DNA from: Candidatus Pacebacteria bacterium CG_4_9_14_0_2_um_filter_40_15
GTDB taxonomy: Bacteria; Patescibacteriota; Microgenomatia; UBA1400; PJMF01
Assembly: GCA_002788675.1 (NCBI GenBank)
Contig: PFRS01000001.1
Span: forward strand, 234,706 to 298,705
Direction: 5' to 3'
DNA length: 64,000 bases
This document shows positions 29,189 through 38,039 of the stretch, piece after piece (position 1 is the first letter of the stretch; the number at the start of each line of letters is the position of its first letter). The notes under the pieces are model-generated. The model was not told the DNA's origin. It ran no database searches and worked only from the letters and a program-made list of their open reading frames with translations. The position numbers and the translations under genes are program-made.

Positions 29189-32100
29189 CTATCTGAATTC
29201 AACACCATAGAAACCGTGAGAATCGCGGTGCTCAGTCTCAAATACAATGCCACTTGGGGTAACTTCAGCTTGAGGAGCAATCTTAGCAGGCTTTAGACCA
29301 GAGAAGGGGACAATGGTAACCGTTGTTGGAATATCTGTTCCGGGTTGCTTTTGATCAAAAAACGCATATGAATACCCGGCTTCACCAGACAATGGAACCG
29401 AGTATTTAAGTATTATTTCTGTCTGAGCCTGAATTGGCACCATTACTAAGAAACCCACCATTGTTCTGCCTTGTTCAATACGTTCCGTCAACTCACTTTT
29501 GCTGAGTTTTTTATTATTTACAATCACATCTGAAACTTGAGCGCTGGAATTCAAGTAGAAGCGATAGTATGCTCTGTAATCGCCCTTTGGCCAGGCATTT
29601 ATGTCTGCAGTATTTTCAATCTGGATGGTCCGAGTGTGTTGGGCAACTCCTGGAAGCAACTCAACTGTATGATCTATATTTTCTTCAAGATAGTAATTTG
29701 CTTTATTCACACCTGTGTTTGCAGCAACTTGGGCAATTGTGTCGACAGTACACACTTCAGAAGAGAATTGCATTGGACACTCTGGCTTGACCAAAGATCC
29801 TGTCCAACCCATTGTAGTTAATAGATCTTGGACAGAGGTATCTGTACTTGATATCAAGATTTCGTTTTGCTGGAGACCATCGTGGACAGCTGTGAGAAAT
29901 CCAGAGATCTTTTCAGGTTGTGCTGTTTTAATTTTATCGAGTAAACGTTCAAGAAGTAGCACTGAGTATGCTTTTTCTGTCGTACCCTTTACAAGCAGTT
30001 TTTCTGAATGATGTTCCATAAGTGCGTCGAGATTTTTAGAGGTAACTACTTCGTTGTGTTCAGCAATCTCGAGAGGGCCAAGTGCATCAACCATCATTCC
30101 TGTTGATTTGAGATCAAGTGCAATCACACCATCAATCTTGCCGCCAGCAGCTTTCGTCATAAACCATGAAGCTTTTGCTGCTGCTTGAGTAAAATCGGGA
30201 TTCCAGTTGCTGTCTCTGAAATACCATTGCTGCTCACCCAAATAGGTAGGTAAATCATCGGGTGGGGCAACAGTACCTGAAACCAAAGCATCAATGTCAT
30301 AACTGCTAAATACTTGAGAAGAAATAAGGCGTCCTTCACTAAATGTAACCACAGCAGCGGCTTGAATAAATCCACCAGTCGGCCGGAGTTCTTGTTCATT
30401 TTGAAAGAGAATGAGATAGGTCTTTTTGGTACCACCAAATAAATCTTGCATGAGTGGCAAAATTTGGTGCTGTGTCATTAACCCATTCCTCATAGCCTCA
30501 ATCTTGAGCTGATAATCGGTAAGTATGGCTGTTTTTTGAGTATCATCCTCACCAAATGGAATTTGATCGATACCAGCTGTTACTAACGAAAGATTTTCAT
30601 ATGCTGTCTCTGATTTTGATGAAAGATCTGATGAAACTTCAAATACTGATCCTTCATCTAGTCCCATAAGTCGATAATACATCGTTTGAGAAGTTTCCTT
30701 CATGTCCTCGAGAAGAAATGACACTTCGCTCAACTGAGAAGTAACAGCAACCAGGTGCTCTGCATCACTAATCAGTGCGAGATCAAAAATCGTACCATAT
30801 GATTTTGCTTGAATTTCTAGAAACGAAGCCATTTTTTGGAGATTGCTCCAAGATTGCCGATCTACTGTTTGTTGCACTGCAGTCTTGGCAACAGCTAGCA
30901 GCTGTCTTTTAACCATAAACTGGGTGCCTATAAATACAGCAATCAGAGTAGCAATACCAAAACCAACACCAATAAATCCAAGACCTCCATAAAATAACAC
31001 TTTTTTTCTTTTTGATTTACCGGTATGTTTTAGTTCTGTGTGAGCCATACTTTCGACTCGAGCCACTCTTACTGCTGTTCGAGGCTCCTTAAAAATGCGA
31101 GACAACTCGGTGTTTATATCAAGATTTTCTTGATTTTTTTTAGTTTCTGTACTATTTGTTTCTGTTTCGGTTGTAATAAAAATACCTTCATCACTGGCTC
31201 TAATTACGGTGTCTGTTTCTTCTGTTTCAACTATAAAAGTCTCTTTAAAAGCTACTGATTTTTCTTGTGGAGGAACGGCTGTTACTTCAGCCTCAATTTG
31301 TACATTTTTGTCTGGTAGCACATCGGGCTCATCATTAACATCTGCTTGGACGAAAGGTTCGAAGTTTTGTTCAACATATTTTTGAACTATTTGAGGTTGG
31401 GTATTGCGAAGCTGAATACTCGGAATATACGAATTCAGTTTTGAGGGGGCATCTTTCCAAGAACGAACAAACTCGTCTGTAATGCTAGCACTTGAAATGT
31501 ATTTTATGGTTATTTCAGATACTTCAAAAGGAATACTCGAAATAATCTCAGTTTTTTCATGTTTTATAACTAAATCTAGTTGATAATAGGAACCAAACAA
31601 CTGCGTTATTTCCTCAACTAATTGAGAACTGTGTACAGACTCTCCAGAAAAACAGAAACTATGTTGGGGTGCTGGCTTAAAAAATAAGGGAACTGCTCGC
31701 TGTACAAACGCCTCGATTGAGAGTAACGACAACTGAACTCCAGGATCATACATAATGTTTTTATTGACATGTATTGAACATATTTCTAATGGGAAAAGAG
31801 GAGTTCCAAAAAGGTTTTTGGCAAAAATAAACAACGAATTATCAAAAACTGCATTTATATCCAAAATAATTTCTCGCTGCAACTCAGTAACTTTTTTCCA
31901 GGTGGTGTGAAAAACACTGTCTGACTGCGTGACGACGCCATCCATAATTGGCTGAACAATAATAACTTTTTTTGAAAATGGTTCTATGTAATTTTTTAGG
32001 TTTTGTACGTGTTGAGTGAAGTATTCAAGCGGGGACACTAGCCAAATTATTTTATATGCATATCCCAGTGACGCTTCATCAACTGTCGTTTGTATTTCTG

Positions 32101-32278
32101 TTTCCGAACACACAATAGTGTGCAAACCCATTCCAGATACAGCTCGAGATACCTCGCTTCGCAAAGCACTAGCCTGTCCAACCACTACAACGAGTGGCGC
32201 ATCTAAGTCTAATTGTGTGACTAATTGGGGCACCATATCTTCTTTCATCTTCCATTGTAATGAAATTGTTGAAAGCAA
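29189..32278 (-). CDS. Large membrane-anchored protein with C-terminal DUF4012-like extracellular domain
   Basis: About 430-aa cytoplasmic N-terminal part, a TM (VLFYGGLGFIGVGFGIATLIAVFIGTQF), then LILFQNEQELRPTGGFIQAAAVV, which resembles the conserved QNNAE(L/I)R(P/A)TGGFIG block of DUF4012 proteins. Confidence 0.45.
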   Translation of the reverse strand: MLSTISLQWKMKEDMVPQLVTQLDLDAPLVVVVGQASALRSEVSRAVSGMGLHTIVCSETEIQTTVDEASLGYAYKIIWLVSPLEYFTQHVQNLKNYIEPFSKKVIIVQPIMDGVVTQSDSVFHTTWKKVTELQREIILDINAVFDNSLFIFAKNLFGTPLFPLEICSIHVNKNIMYDPGVQLSLLSIEAFVQRAVPLFFKPAPQHSFCFSGESVHSSQLVEEITQLFGSYYQLDLVIKHEKTEIISSIPFEVSEITIKYISSASITDEFVRSWKDAPSKLNSYIPSIQLRNTQPQIVQKYVEQNFEPFVQADVNDEPDVLPDKNVQIEAEVTAVPPQEKSVAFKETFIVETEETDTVIRASDEGIFITTETETNSTETKKNQENLDINTELSRIFKEPRTAVRVARVESMAHTELKHTGKSKRKKVLFYGGLGFIGVGFGIATLIAVFIGTQFMVKRQLLAVAKTAVQQTVDRQSWSNLQKMASFLEIQAKSYGTIFDLALISDAEHLVAVTSQLSEVSFLLEDMKETSQTMYYRLMGLDEGSVFEVSSDLSSKSETAYENLSLVTAGIDQIPFGEDDTQKTAILTDYQLKIEAMRNGLMTQHQILPLMQDLFGGTKKTYLILFQNEQELRPTGGFIQAAAVVTFSEGRLISSQVFSSYDIDALVSGTVAPPDDLPTYLGEQQWYFRDSNWNPDFTQAAAKASWFMTKAAGGKIDGVIALDLKSTGMMVDALGPLEIAEHNEVVTSKNLDALMEHHSEKLLVKGTTEKAYSVLLLERLLDKIKTAQPEKISGFLTAVHDGLQQNEILISSTDTSVQDLLTTMGWTGSLVKPECPMQFSSEVCTVDTIAQVAANTGVNKANYYLEENIDHTVELLPGVAQHTRTIQIENTADINAWPKGDYRAYYRFYLNSSAQVSDVIVNNKKLSKSELTERIEQGRTMVGFLVMVPIQAQTEIILKYSVPLSGEAGYSYAFFDQKQPGTDIPTTVTIVPFSGLKPAKIAPQAEVTPSGIVFETEHRDSHGFYGVEFR

Positions 32279-32346
32279 TGTAGGTGTAAAATATACCGCC
32301 CTTGAGAAGAACAGATCAAACTAGACCAATACCATAAAAGTGAAAC

Positions 32347-32772
32347 TTAGGCTGCTTGAGCATCAAGTGCCTGATTAACAAGAGAATCAGCCACAGCGTT
32401 TTCAGCTCGAGGTACATACTGAATTTTCCAGTCACAACCAAGACCATCCAAAAGGTGCCAGCATTGTTCTGCAAAAACCCTCATCCGTGGTTCTTTAATT
32501 TTCCAGTGTTTTTGAATTTGTTCGACAACTAACTTGGAATCTAGATTCCAAGTACACTTTTCGACAGAATTATTAGAAACATATTGTGATACCCACTGGG
32601 CTGAAGTTAGAAGAGCTGTATATTCAGCTTCATTGTTGGTACCAACTCCCAGATACTCTGAAAAATCATGCACCACTTCGCCATTTTTGACGTCTGCATA
32701 TACAACACCACCAATTGCTGCTGGCCCAGGGTTTCCTCGAGATCCACCGTCGGTAAAAATATGTAATTCCAT
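32347..32772 (-). CDS. rnhA: Ribonuclease HI
   Basis: MELHIFTDGGSRGNPGPAAIGGVV...NNEAEYTALL...YVPRAENAVADSLVN. Start set to the ATG at 32772 with SD GAGAGGA; the longer ORF-track start overlaps jag. Confidence 0.8.
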   Translation of the reverse strand: MELHIFTDGGSRGNPGPAAIGGVVYADVKNGEVVHDFSEYLGVGTNNEAEYTALLTSAQWVSQYVSNNSVEKCTWNLDSKLVVEQIQKHWKIKEPRMRVFAEQCWHLLDGLGCDWKIQYVPRAENAVADSLVNQALDAQAA

Positions 32773-32821
32773 TAGTATCCTCTCGAAATTTCTAGACTTT
32801 GTACTTGTGTATCCAGAAAGC

Positions 32822-33283
32822 TTACTTTTTGAGTTGAATAGTGAGTTTTCGATTCTTGCCAGCACCCTCTGAGATACTTTCAAGTTCACCATATTTTTCA
32901 TTTTTTGCCAAGCATGAATGAATAACAAAACGCTCATGAGCTGGGAAATATGAATTGAAGGTGTACTTTTCACCTGTTTCAAGCACTCGCTCAGCCACAG
33001 ACTCGGTGATTTCACTTAGTCTGTCTTCACGTTGTTCACGGTAATCATTTAGATTTACCATTATTTTATGTTCAGGAAATTCTTCTTGAAAAATTATCCG
33101 CACCATGCGCTGAATAGAATCGAGTGTTTCGCCGTGATACCCAATAAAAATTCCTGAATCATCTTCAGGAACTTGAATGGAAACACGAAGATATTCACCA
33201 TCTTCTACAACTGTTACTGTCATATCATCTGACTCTATTCCGCAGTGTTCAGATAATTGTGTTAAGAATGAATCAATTGTCAT
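32822..33283 (-). CDS. jag: RNA-binding protein Jag/KhpB (KH + R3H domains)
   Basis: KH-like IGYHGETLDSIQ; R3H-like C-terminus; conserved position downstream of yidC. Confidence 0.6.
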   Translation of the reverse strand: MTIDSFLTQLSEHCGIESDDMTVTVVEDGEYLRVSIQVPEDDSGIFIGYHGETLDSIQRMVRIIFQEEFPEHKIMVNLNDYREQREDRLSEITESVAERVLETGEKYTFNSYFPAHERFVIHSCLAKNEKYGELESISEGAGKNRKLTIQLKK

Positions 33284-33319
33284 GATTTTCTCTCCTTGTA
33301 AATATATGTCGATACAAAT

Positions 33320-34066
33320 TTATTTCTGGAATTTCTCAATTAAACGGCGAGAGTAGGTAACGATGCCACCCCATCCAGATACATAATACTGTTGTCCAAT
33401 ACTAAAAACCGTTGTTGCTACCCAGTAGAGCGCTAAGCCTGAAGGGAATTTTAAGGCAAAGAATCCTGTCATTATTGGCATAATAAACATCATTTGCTGC
33501 TGCATTGACTGTGCCATCTCGGCTGAATCTTCTTCTTTTTTATTTTCTTTTTGAATTTTTTTGCTTTTACTGTCGTTTGGAACGAGGTCATTTTTTTCGG
33601 CACCTGGGGCAATCATGAGTGACAAAATAAGTTGTGTTGCACCAGCTAAGACTGGCAAAATATAGCTATTGTCTGGTTGAGTCAAGTTGAGCCATAAAAA
33701 ATGGGTACTTAACGTCAAAGAAGGATCATTTAAAAATGATAATAATGATTTATATAAGAAAATAAGCACAGCAAATTGCAATAATTGAGGGATACATCCA
33801 GCTAAAGGATTAACATTATATTTTTTATATAACTCCATTTGAGCTTGTTGTAACTCTTTTTTATCTTTTCCATGCTTTTTCTTAAGTTTAGCAATTTCTG
33901 GTTGAAGATCTTGCATTTTTTTAGTTGCTTTAAGCGTTGGTAAAGAGAGCGGAATGAGTGCACTTCTAATTAAAAAGGTAAAAACAAGAATAGCTAATCC
34001 CAAACTTCCAGTGAGTTGAGCTAAAAGTGATAATAGTTGAATAAATCCCGATGTGAGAATGTCCAT
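33320..34066 (-). CDS. yidC: Membrane protein insertase YidC (short Gram-positive-type)
   Basis: YidC/Oxa1 core (NPLAGCIPQLLQFAVLIFLY...; C-terminal TM with LALYWVATTVFSIGQQ). Confidence 0.85.
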   Translation of the reverse strand: MDILTSGFIQLLSLLAQLTGSLGLAILVFTFLIRSALIPLSLPTLKATKKMQDLQPEIAKLKKKHGKDKKELQQAQMELYKKYNVNPLAGCIPQLLQFAVLIFLYKSLLSFLNDPSLTLSTHFLWLNLTQPDNSYILPVLAGATQLILSLMIAPGAEKNDLVPNDSKSKKIQKENKKEEDSAEMAQSMQQQMMFIMPIMTGFFALKFPSGLALYWVATTVFSIGQQYYVSGWGGIVTYSRRLIEKFQK

Positions 34067-34083
34067 AAGATCTTTCTAAAGTG

Positions 34084-34296
34084 TTACCAACAAGTCAAAA
34101 CTCGTCGCAACCCCCTTATTCCTCCTTTAATAATTCCTTCTGATTGCATGGCTCTAAATAAATAGGTGCCACAGCTTGGTGTGTGTTTACAGTGTATTGT
34201 TATCCCAAACACTGATGTTAACACGGTGTATCTAATACTTCGTGCTACTTGATAAGCTTTAAATAAGACTATCAATGACTTAGAACGAAGTTTCAT
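34084..34296 (-). CDS. yidD: Membrane protein insertion efficiency factor YidD
   Basis: YQ..IS...CKHTPSCGTY...GGIRGLRRVLTC matches the YidD/PF01809 signature; 4-nt overlap with rnpA. Confidence 0.7.
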   Translation of the reverse strand: MKLRSKSLIVLFKAYQVARSIRYTVLTSVFGITIHCKHTPSCGTYLFRAMQSEGIIKGGIRGLRRVLTCW

Positions 34297-34631
34297 TCTT
34301 TCTGTAGTGAACTAAACGCTTTGAGTAGTTCTTTTTCTAGCAGTTCTCTTGGAGCAGTTACCGCTGCCGATTTTGCCACTAAACATACAAAAAAGCTAGA
34401 GGAATTAAGATCTACTTCTGGAATAATCTTTTCAATTGCTGCAGTTATCTTTCTCTTTACTGCAGTTCTACCCGTTGCAAGAGCCACTCTTTTTTTAGGC
34501 ACAACAACGACTGTCCCGAAATGAGGAGCAGGAATATAAAACAGCGTAAATTTTTGTGAAAAGACCTTCTTAGCTTTTTCGAAAAAGCCTCGTTCTTGAC
34601 GAAGATTGAATGAATACTGCTTGGGCAGCAT
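34293..34631 (-). CDS. rnpA: Ribonuclease P protein component
   Basis: Basic 112-aa protein; RnpA fold motifs (KRVALATGRTAVKRKI); conserved rpmH-rnpA-yidD-yidC order. Confidence 0.8.
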   Translation of the reverse strand: MLPKQYSFNLRQERGFFEKAKKVFSQKFTLFYIPAPHFGTVVVVPKKRVALATGRTAVKRKITAAIEKIIPEVDLNSSSFFVCLVAKSAAVTAPRELLEKELLKAFSSLQKE

Positions 34632-34650
34632 GACAGGGTTACTTAATCTT

Positions 34651-34791
34651 TTTAGCTACTGCTAGACTTGCGCGGCCTTTTGCTCGGCGTCTCTTCAAAA
34701 TTGCTTTACCAGCAGCTGAAGCTAAACGCTTGAGAAAACCATGCTTGCGCATTCTTTTTAATTTTTTTGGATTCCAGGTTCGTTTTGGCAT
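34651..34791 (-). CDS. rpmH: 50S ribosomal protein L34
   Basis: Manual translation (not in ORF track, 46 aa): [46 protein letters not shown]. Typical L34 N-terminal pattern and size; immediately upstream of rnpA. Confidence 0.7.
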
Positions 34792-34870
34792 AGATCGCTA
34801 TTATACCAGGGAATTTTTTTTTGAAAAGTGTAAGATACCATCAAGGAAATTAAAATGATCTTTTTTTTGA

Positions 34871-35980
34871 TTATCCATTTACCTTAAAAGGCATAATCAC
34901 ATATTCAGCTTCTGGAACATCGGTAACTTTACAAAGTACTGGTTTAAGACTTTCACTCATTCCGAACCAAATTGAGTCACTTTTTGTTGCCTTAAGAATA
35001 TCTTGTACATATTTTGCATTAAATGCAATTTCGAGTGGTTCGCCGGTAATCTTAACTCCTGGAATTTCGCCCGAGTAGGTTCCAAGAGAAGGAGAGGACG
35101 CTGAAATAGTAACTTTGTCGGCTTCAATTGAAAATTTAATAATATTTGAAATATCTCGCGCAAAAATGAGCGCTCGTTTAATATTATCGTCAAGTTCACC
35201 AGAAGAAAAAGTTACTTCAGTAGTGAAAACACTGGGGATTATTTTCTGGTAGGGGGGATATTCACCTTCAATCAGGCGCATATAAATTTCTACATCTCCA
35301 CTTGCAAAATACACTTGCTTTAACTCTTGAGAAACCACAAATGAAACAGTCTTTTCTGAAACCTGTTGCACAATTCTATTCACTTCGTGAAGCGCCTTAG
35401 ACTGTAAAAGTAGGGTTGAGGTCGCTCTACCTACTGCATTAGCGACTTTGTAGGTGCTGAGTCTAAAACCGTCCGTTGTAACGGTGAGTAGCCCGTTTTC
35501 GGTAGGTTCAAAGAGTATTGAAGTAAGCACTGGTCTAGCCTGGTCTGTCGAAGCAGAAAAGCCAACAAATTGTTCAATAGACTGTAATTGCTCCGTATCA
35601 AAGGTGTAGGTTTCACCTTCAACTTGAGGAAATTGAGGATATTCATCAGCTGCTTGGCATTGAAGCTTGGTTTTTGAATGTTCGGAAAGGATATTGAGTG
35701 TACCTTCTATAAACTCAAGTGTTAACTTGCCGTTTCCCATAGAAGAAATTAATTCTTTAAATTGTTTTCCTGGAATAACAATCGTTCCTTCTGTTTCAAC
35801 AGAAGCTTGTAAATGAACACGAACTCCAAAATAAAGATCAGTTGCAGAAATAACACAGCCACTAGTTGTTGCTTCAAATAAAACTGAAGAGAGAACTGGC
35901 AATTGAGGATTAGATGGAATAGCCTTTGAAAGATACGATAACCCCTTATTTAAATTTTCTTGCAGTATATATGTTTTCAT
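34871..35980 (-). CDS. dnaN: DNA polymerase III beta sliding clamp
   Basis: 369 aa; three-domain beta clamp; N-terminal MKTYILQENLNKGLSYLSKAIPSNPQLPVLSSVLFEA. Confidence 0.85.
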   Translation of the reverse strand: MKTYILQENLNKGLSYLSKAIPSNPQLPVLSSVLFEATTSGCVISATDLYFGVRVHLQASVETEGTIVIPGKQFKELISSMGNGKLTLEFIEGTLNILSEHSKTKLQCQAADEYPQFPQVEGETYTFDTEQLQSIEQFVGFSASTDQARPVLTSILFEPTENGLLTVTTDGFRLSTYKVANAVGRATSTLLLQSKALHEVNRIVQQVSEKTVSFVVSQELKQVYFASGDVEIYMRLIEGEYPPYQKIIPSVFTTEVTFSSGELDDNIKRALIFARDISNIIKFSIEADKVTISASSPSLGTYSGEIPGVKITGEPLEIAFNAKYVQDILKATKSDSIWFGMSESLKPVLCKVTDVPEAEYVIMPFKVNG

Positions 35981-36265
35981 GTTTCTTCTAACTATTCTAA
36001 TATATATATCTTGTAGTTGTAGTAGTAGGTGATTTTAGATTCGTGCATAACCTCTATTTTAGATCTGGTAGCCATCTGTGAATTGCGTGTGGATTTCAGT
36101 CAAGGGCAATTGTGAATAACTTTTCTGTAAAAACGTTGAAAATTGGGAAAACTTTTCCAAAGTTATTCACATGGTACCATTTTGTTAACAACTATTCACG
36201 CAGTATCCACTTGCTTTTCCACTAAGTTTTCCACATCCGTGGATAAGTTTGTTTATGTCAAAACT
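35981..36265. promoter_or_regulatory. Candidate oriC segment: DnaA-box cluster plus AT-rich unwinding-like tract in dnaA-dnaN spacer
   Basis: At least 8 DnaA-box-like 9-mers (7-8 of 9 matches to TTATCCACA): gtggataag, tgtggattt, tgtgaataa, ttattcaca, ttttccaca, agtatccac, tgtgaattg, tattcacgc. Plus a taatatatatatc tract. Confidence 0.5.
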
Positions 36266-37894
36266 TTATCTTGATATAGCCGCCAAAGTCATTCTTAAGG
36301 CAGATATATCTTGCTGAACAACATCGTTAATAGACATTTCTTTATCTATTTTTTTAACAGCATGTAAGACACTGGTGTGATCACGTCCAGAAAACCATTT
36401 TCCAATTTCTGTGAGAGGCAAAGATAAGTCTTCTTTGAGCAAATACATAGCAATGTGACGAGCCGTCACTAACGGTTTTGATCGTCTGGTTCCTTTAATA
36501 GCGGTTTGCTTTAGCTTGTAATGATTAGCAACTGTTCTAATAATTTCGGAAGGAGTGACTTTAATAGTTGGACGTTTATCGGTAATCTCTACTCGAAGTA
36601 TATCTTGAATGAGTTCTGGTGAAATAGTTCTTCTCTTCAGTTCGACTTCAGATCTAATGCTAGTAATAATTCCTTCTATTTTCCGGGCGCTCTCGACTTG
36701 TGAAGCAATTATTTTAGCCAGTTCAATAGGAATATCCATGCGAGCTGCTTTTGCTTTGACAAGTAGAATTGCGGTTCGTAACTCGAAGGACGGTTGACCA
36801 ATATCGATCATAAGGCCTGCTTCAAATCGAGATCTTAATCTATCCTCGAGCAAAGTCATTTCATGAGGCGGTCTATCACTGGTTAAAACAATTTGGTGAA
36901 GTTCTTTGGTTAAAGCATTAAATGTATGAAAAAATTCTTCCTGAACGGCATTTTTGCCTGCAATAAATTGAATGTCGTCGATAAGCAGCACATCAGCAGA
37001 TCTGAATTTTGCTTTAAATTGATTAGCTTTTTTATTTCTTATAGCATGCACAATTTCATTAGTGAACTCTTCACCAGTTGAATAAATTATACGCATATTG
37101 GAATCATTTTTTAGAATGTTATTGCCAATAGCGTGCATTAAGTGCGTTTTTCCCACGCCTACTCCTCCATAGAGGAAGAGTGGGTTATAGGCAGAGCCAG
37201 GCCTGTTTGAGACTGCTGTAGCAGCTGCGTGGGCCATTTCATTTGTGGTTGAGACGGCGAATGTTTCAAAGGTGTAATCACTGCGAAGCCCCACTTTGCG
37301 AGAAATAGCTCCCACGCGATCTGTTTGTGCTGATGATAGGTTTTGTTCTGAAAAAAGATTCTCTGCGCGTGGAGAGGAGCTGCTCTGATTTGATTGGGCA
37401 AAAGCCGGCGGTCTGTTTTGAGAATACGTTTCTTTGTAGTTGGCATGAATAGATGGAGAATGAGACCCAGAATCCATTGAGTGCGAGTAACTTTGTGCTT
37501 CCTCTTGTCGAGGCTCTTGAGTAAGATCATTTTTAATGCTTTCGAAACCCTGAAAACCCTGCTGAGATTGGTTATTTCCAGAAGGGGACTCAAAAGCACT
37601 GCTTGGATCACCAATTTTGTATTCGATGTTGCAGTTTCTGCCTGTTTGTTTATCAAGACAGTGTTTAATTTGGAGGTGTAAGTTTTTTTTAAGGTTTGTA
37701 GAGTGAAAGGCTGTGGGACTGGTAATTGTGGCCAGTGCTTCAGACTCATCTAAAAAAATCATGTGGGTGAGGGGATTCGAGACGATCCAAGTATTAAATA
37801 CAGCTGGTGAAAGCTGCAACTGGAGTTCGGCACAGACCTGTTTCCAAATTTTTTGAACTTGAGCAGTAGTGAGGCCAGCTGAAAGCAAAGACAT
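36266..37894 (-). CDS. dnaA: Chromosomal replication initiator DnaA with long Q/S-rich linker
   Basis: AAA+ Walker A GGVGVGKTHLMHAIGN; box VII; C-terminal DnaA DNA-binding helix (ARHIAMYLLKEDLSLPLTEIGKWFSGRDHTSVLHA). Confidence 0.9.
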   Translation of the reverse strand: MSLLSAGLTTAQVQKIWKQVCAELQLQLSPAVFNTWIVSNPLTHMIFLDESEALATITSPTAFHSTNLKKNLHLQIKHCLDKQTGRNCNIEYKIGDPSSAFESPSGNNQSQQGFQGFESIKNDLTQEPRQEEAQSYSHSMDSGSHSPSIHANYKETYSQNRPPAFAQSNQSSSSPRAENLFSEQNLSSAQTDRVGAISRKVGLRSDYTFETFAVSTTNEMAHAAATAVSNRPGSAYNPLFLYGGVGVGKTHLMHAIGNNILKNDSNMRIIYSTGEEFTNEIVHAIRNKKANQFKAKFRSADVLLIDDIQFIAGKNAVQEEFFHTFNALTKELHQIVLTSDRPPHEMTLLEDRLRSRFEAGLMIDIGQPSFELRTAILLVKAKAARMDIPIELAKIIASQVESARKIEGIITSIRSEVELKRRTISPELIQDILRVEITDKRPTIKVTPSEIIRTVANHYKLKQTAIKGTRRSKPLVTARHIAMYLLKEDLSLPLTEIGKWFSGRDHTSVLHAVKKIDKEMSINDVVQQDISALRMTLAAISR

Positions 37895-38039
37895 GATATC
37901 TCGTATCTAAAACGTAGGTAATACTAATTTGGGGCAGGCTAGTGAATGATACATTTTGTTCATTCAAAACTACCTTGTTATACAAAAAGTTTTCCACATT
38001 GTGCAAGGGGCGAAATAGATTGTTGTATAGGAAAACTGA

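Noticed and set aside
32773-33015. 81-aa N-terminal extension of the RNase HI ORF
   Set aside because: It overlaps the jag gene. An internal ATG with a good SD (32772) gives a canonical-length RNase HI.
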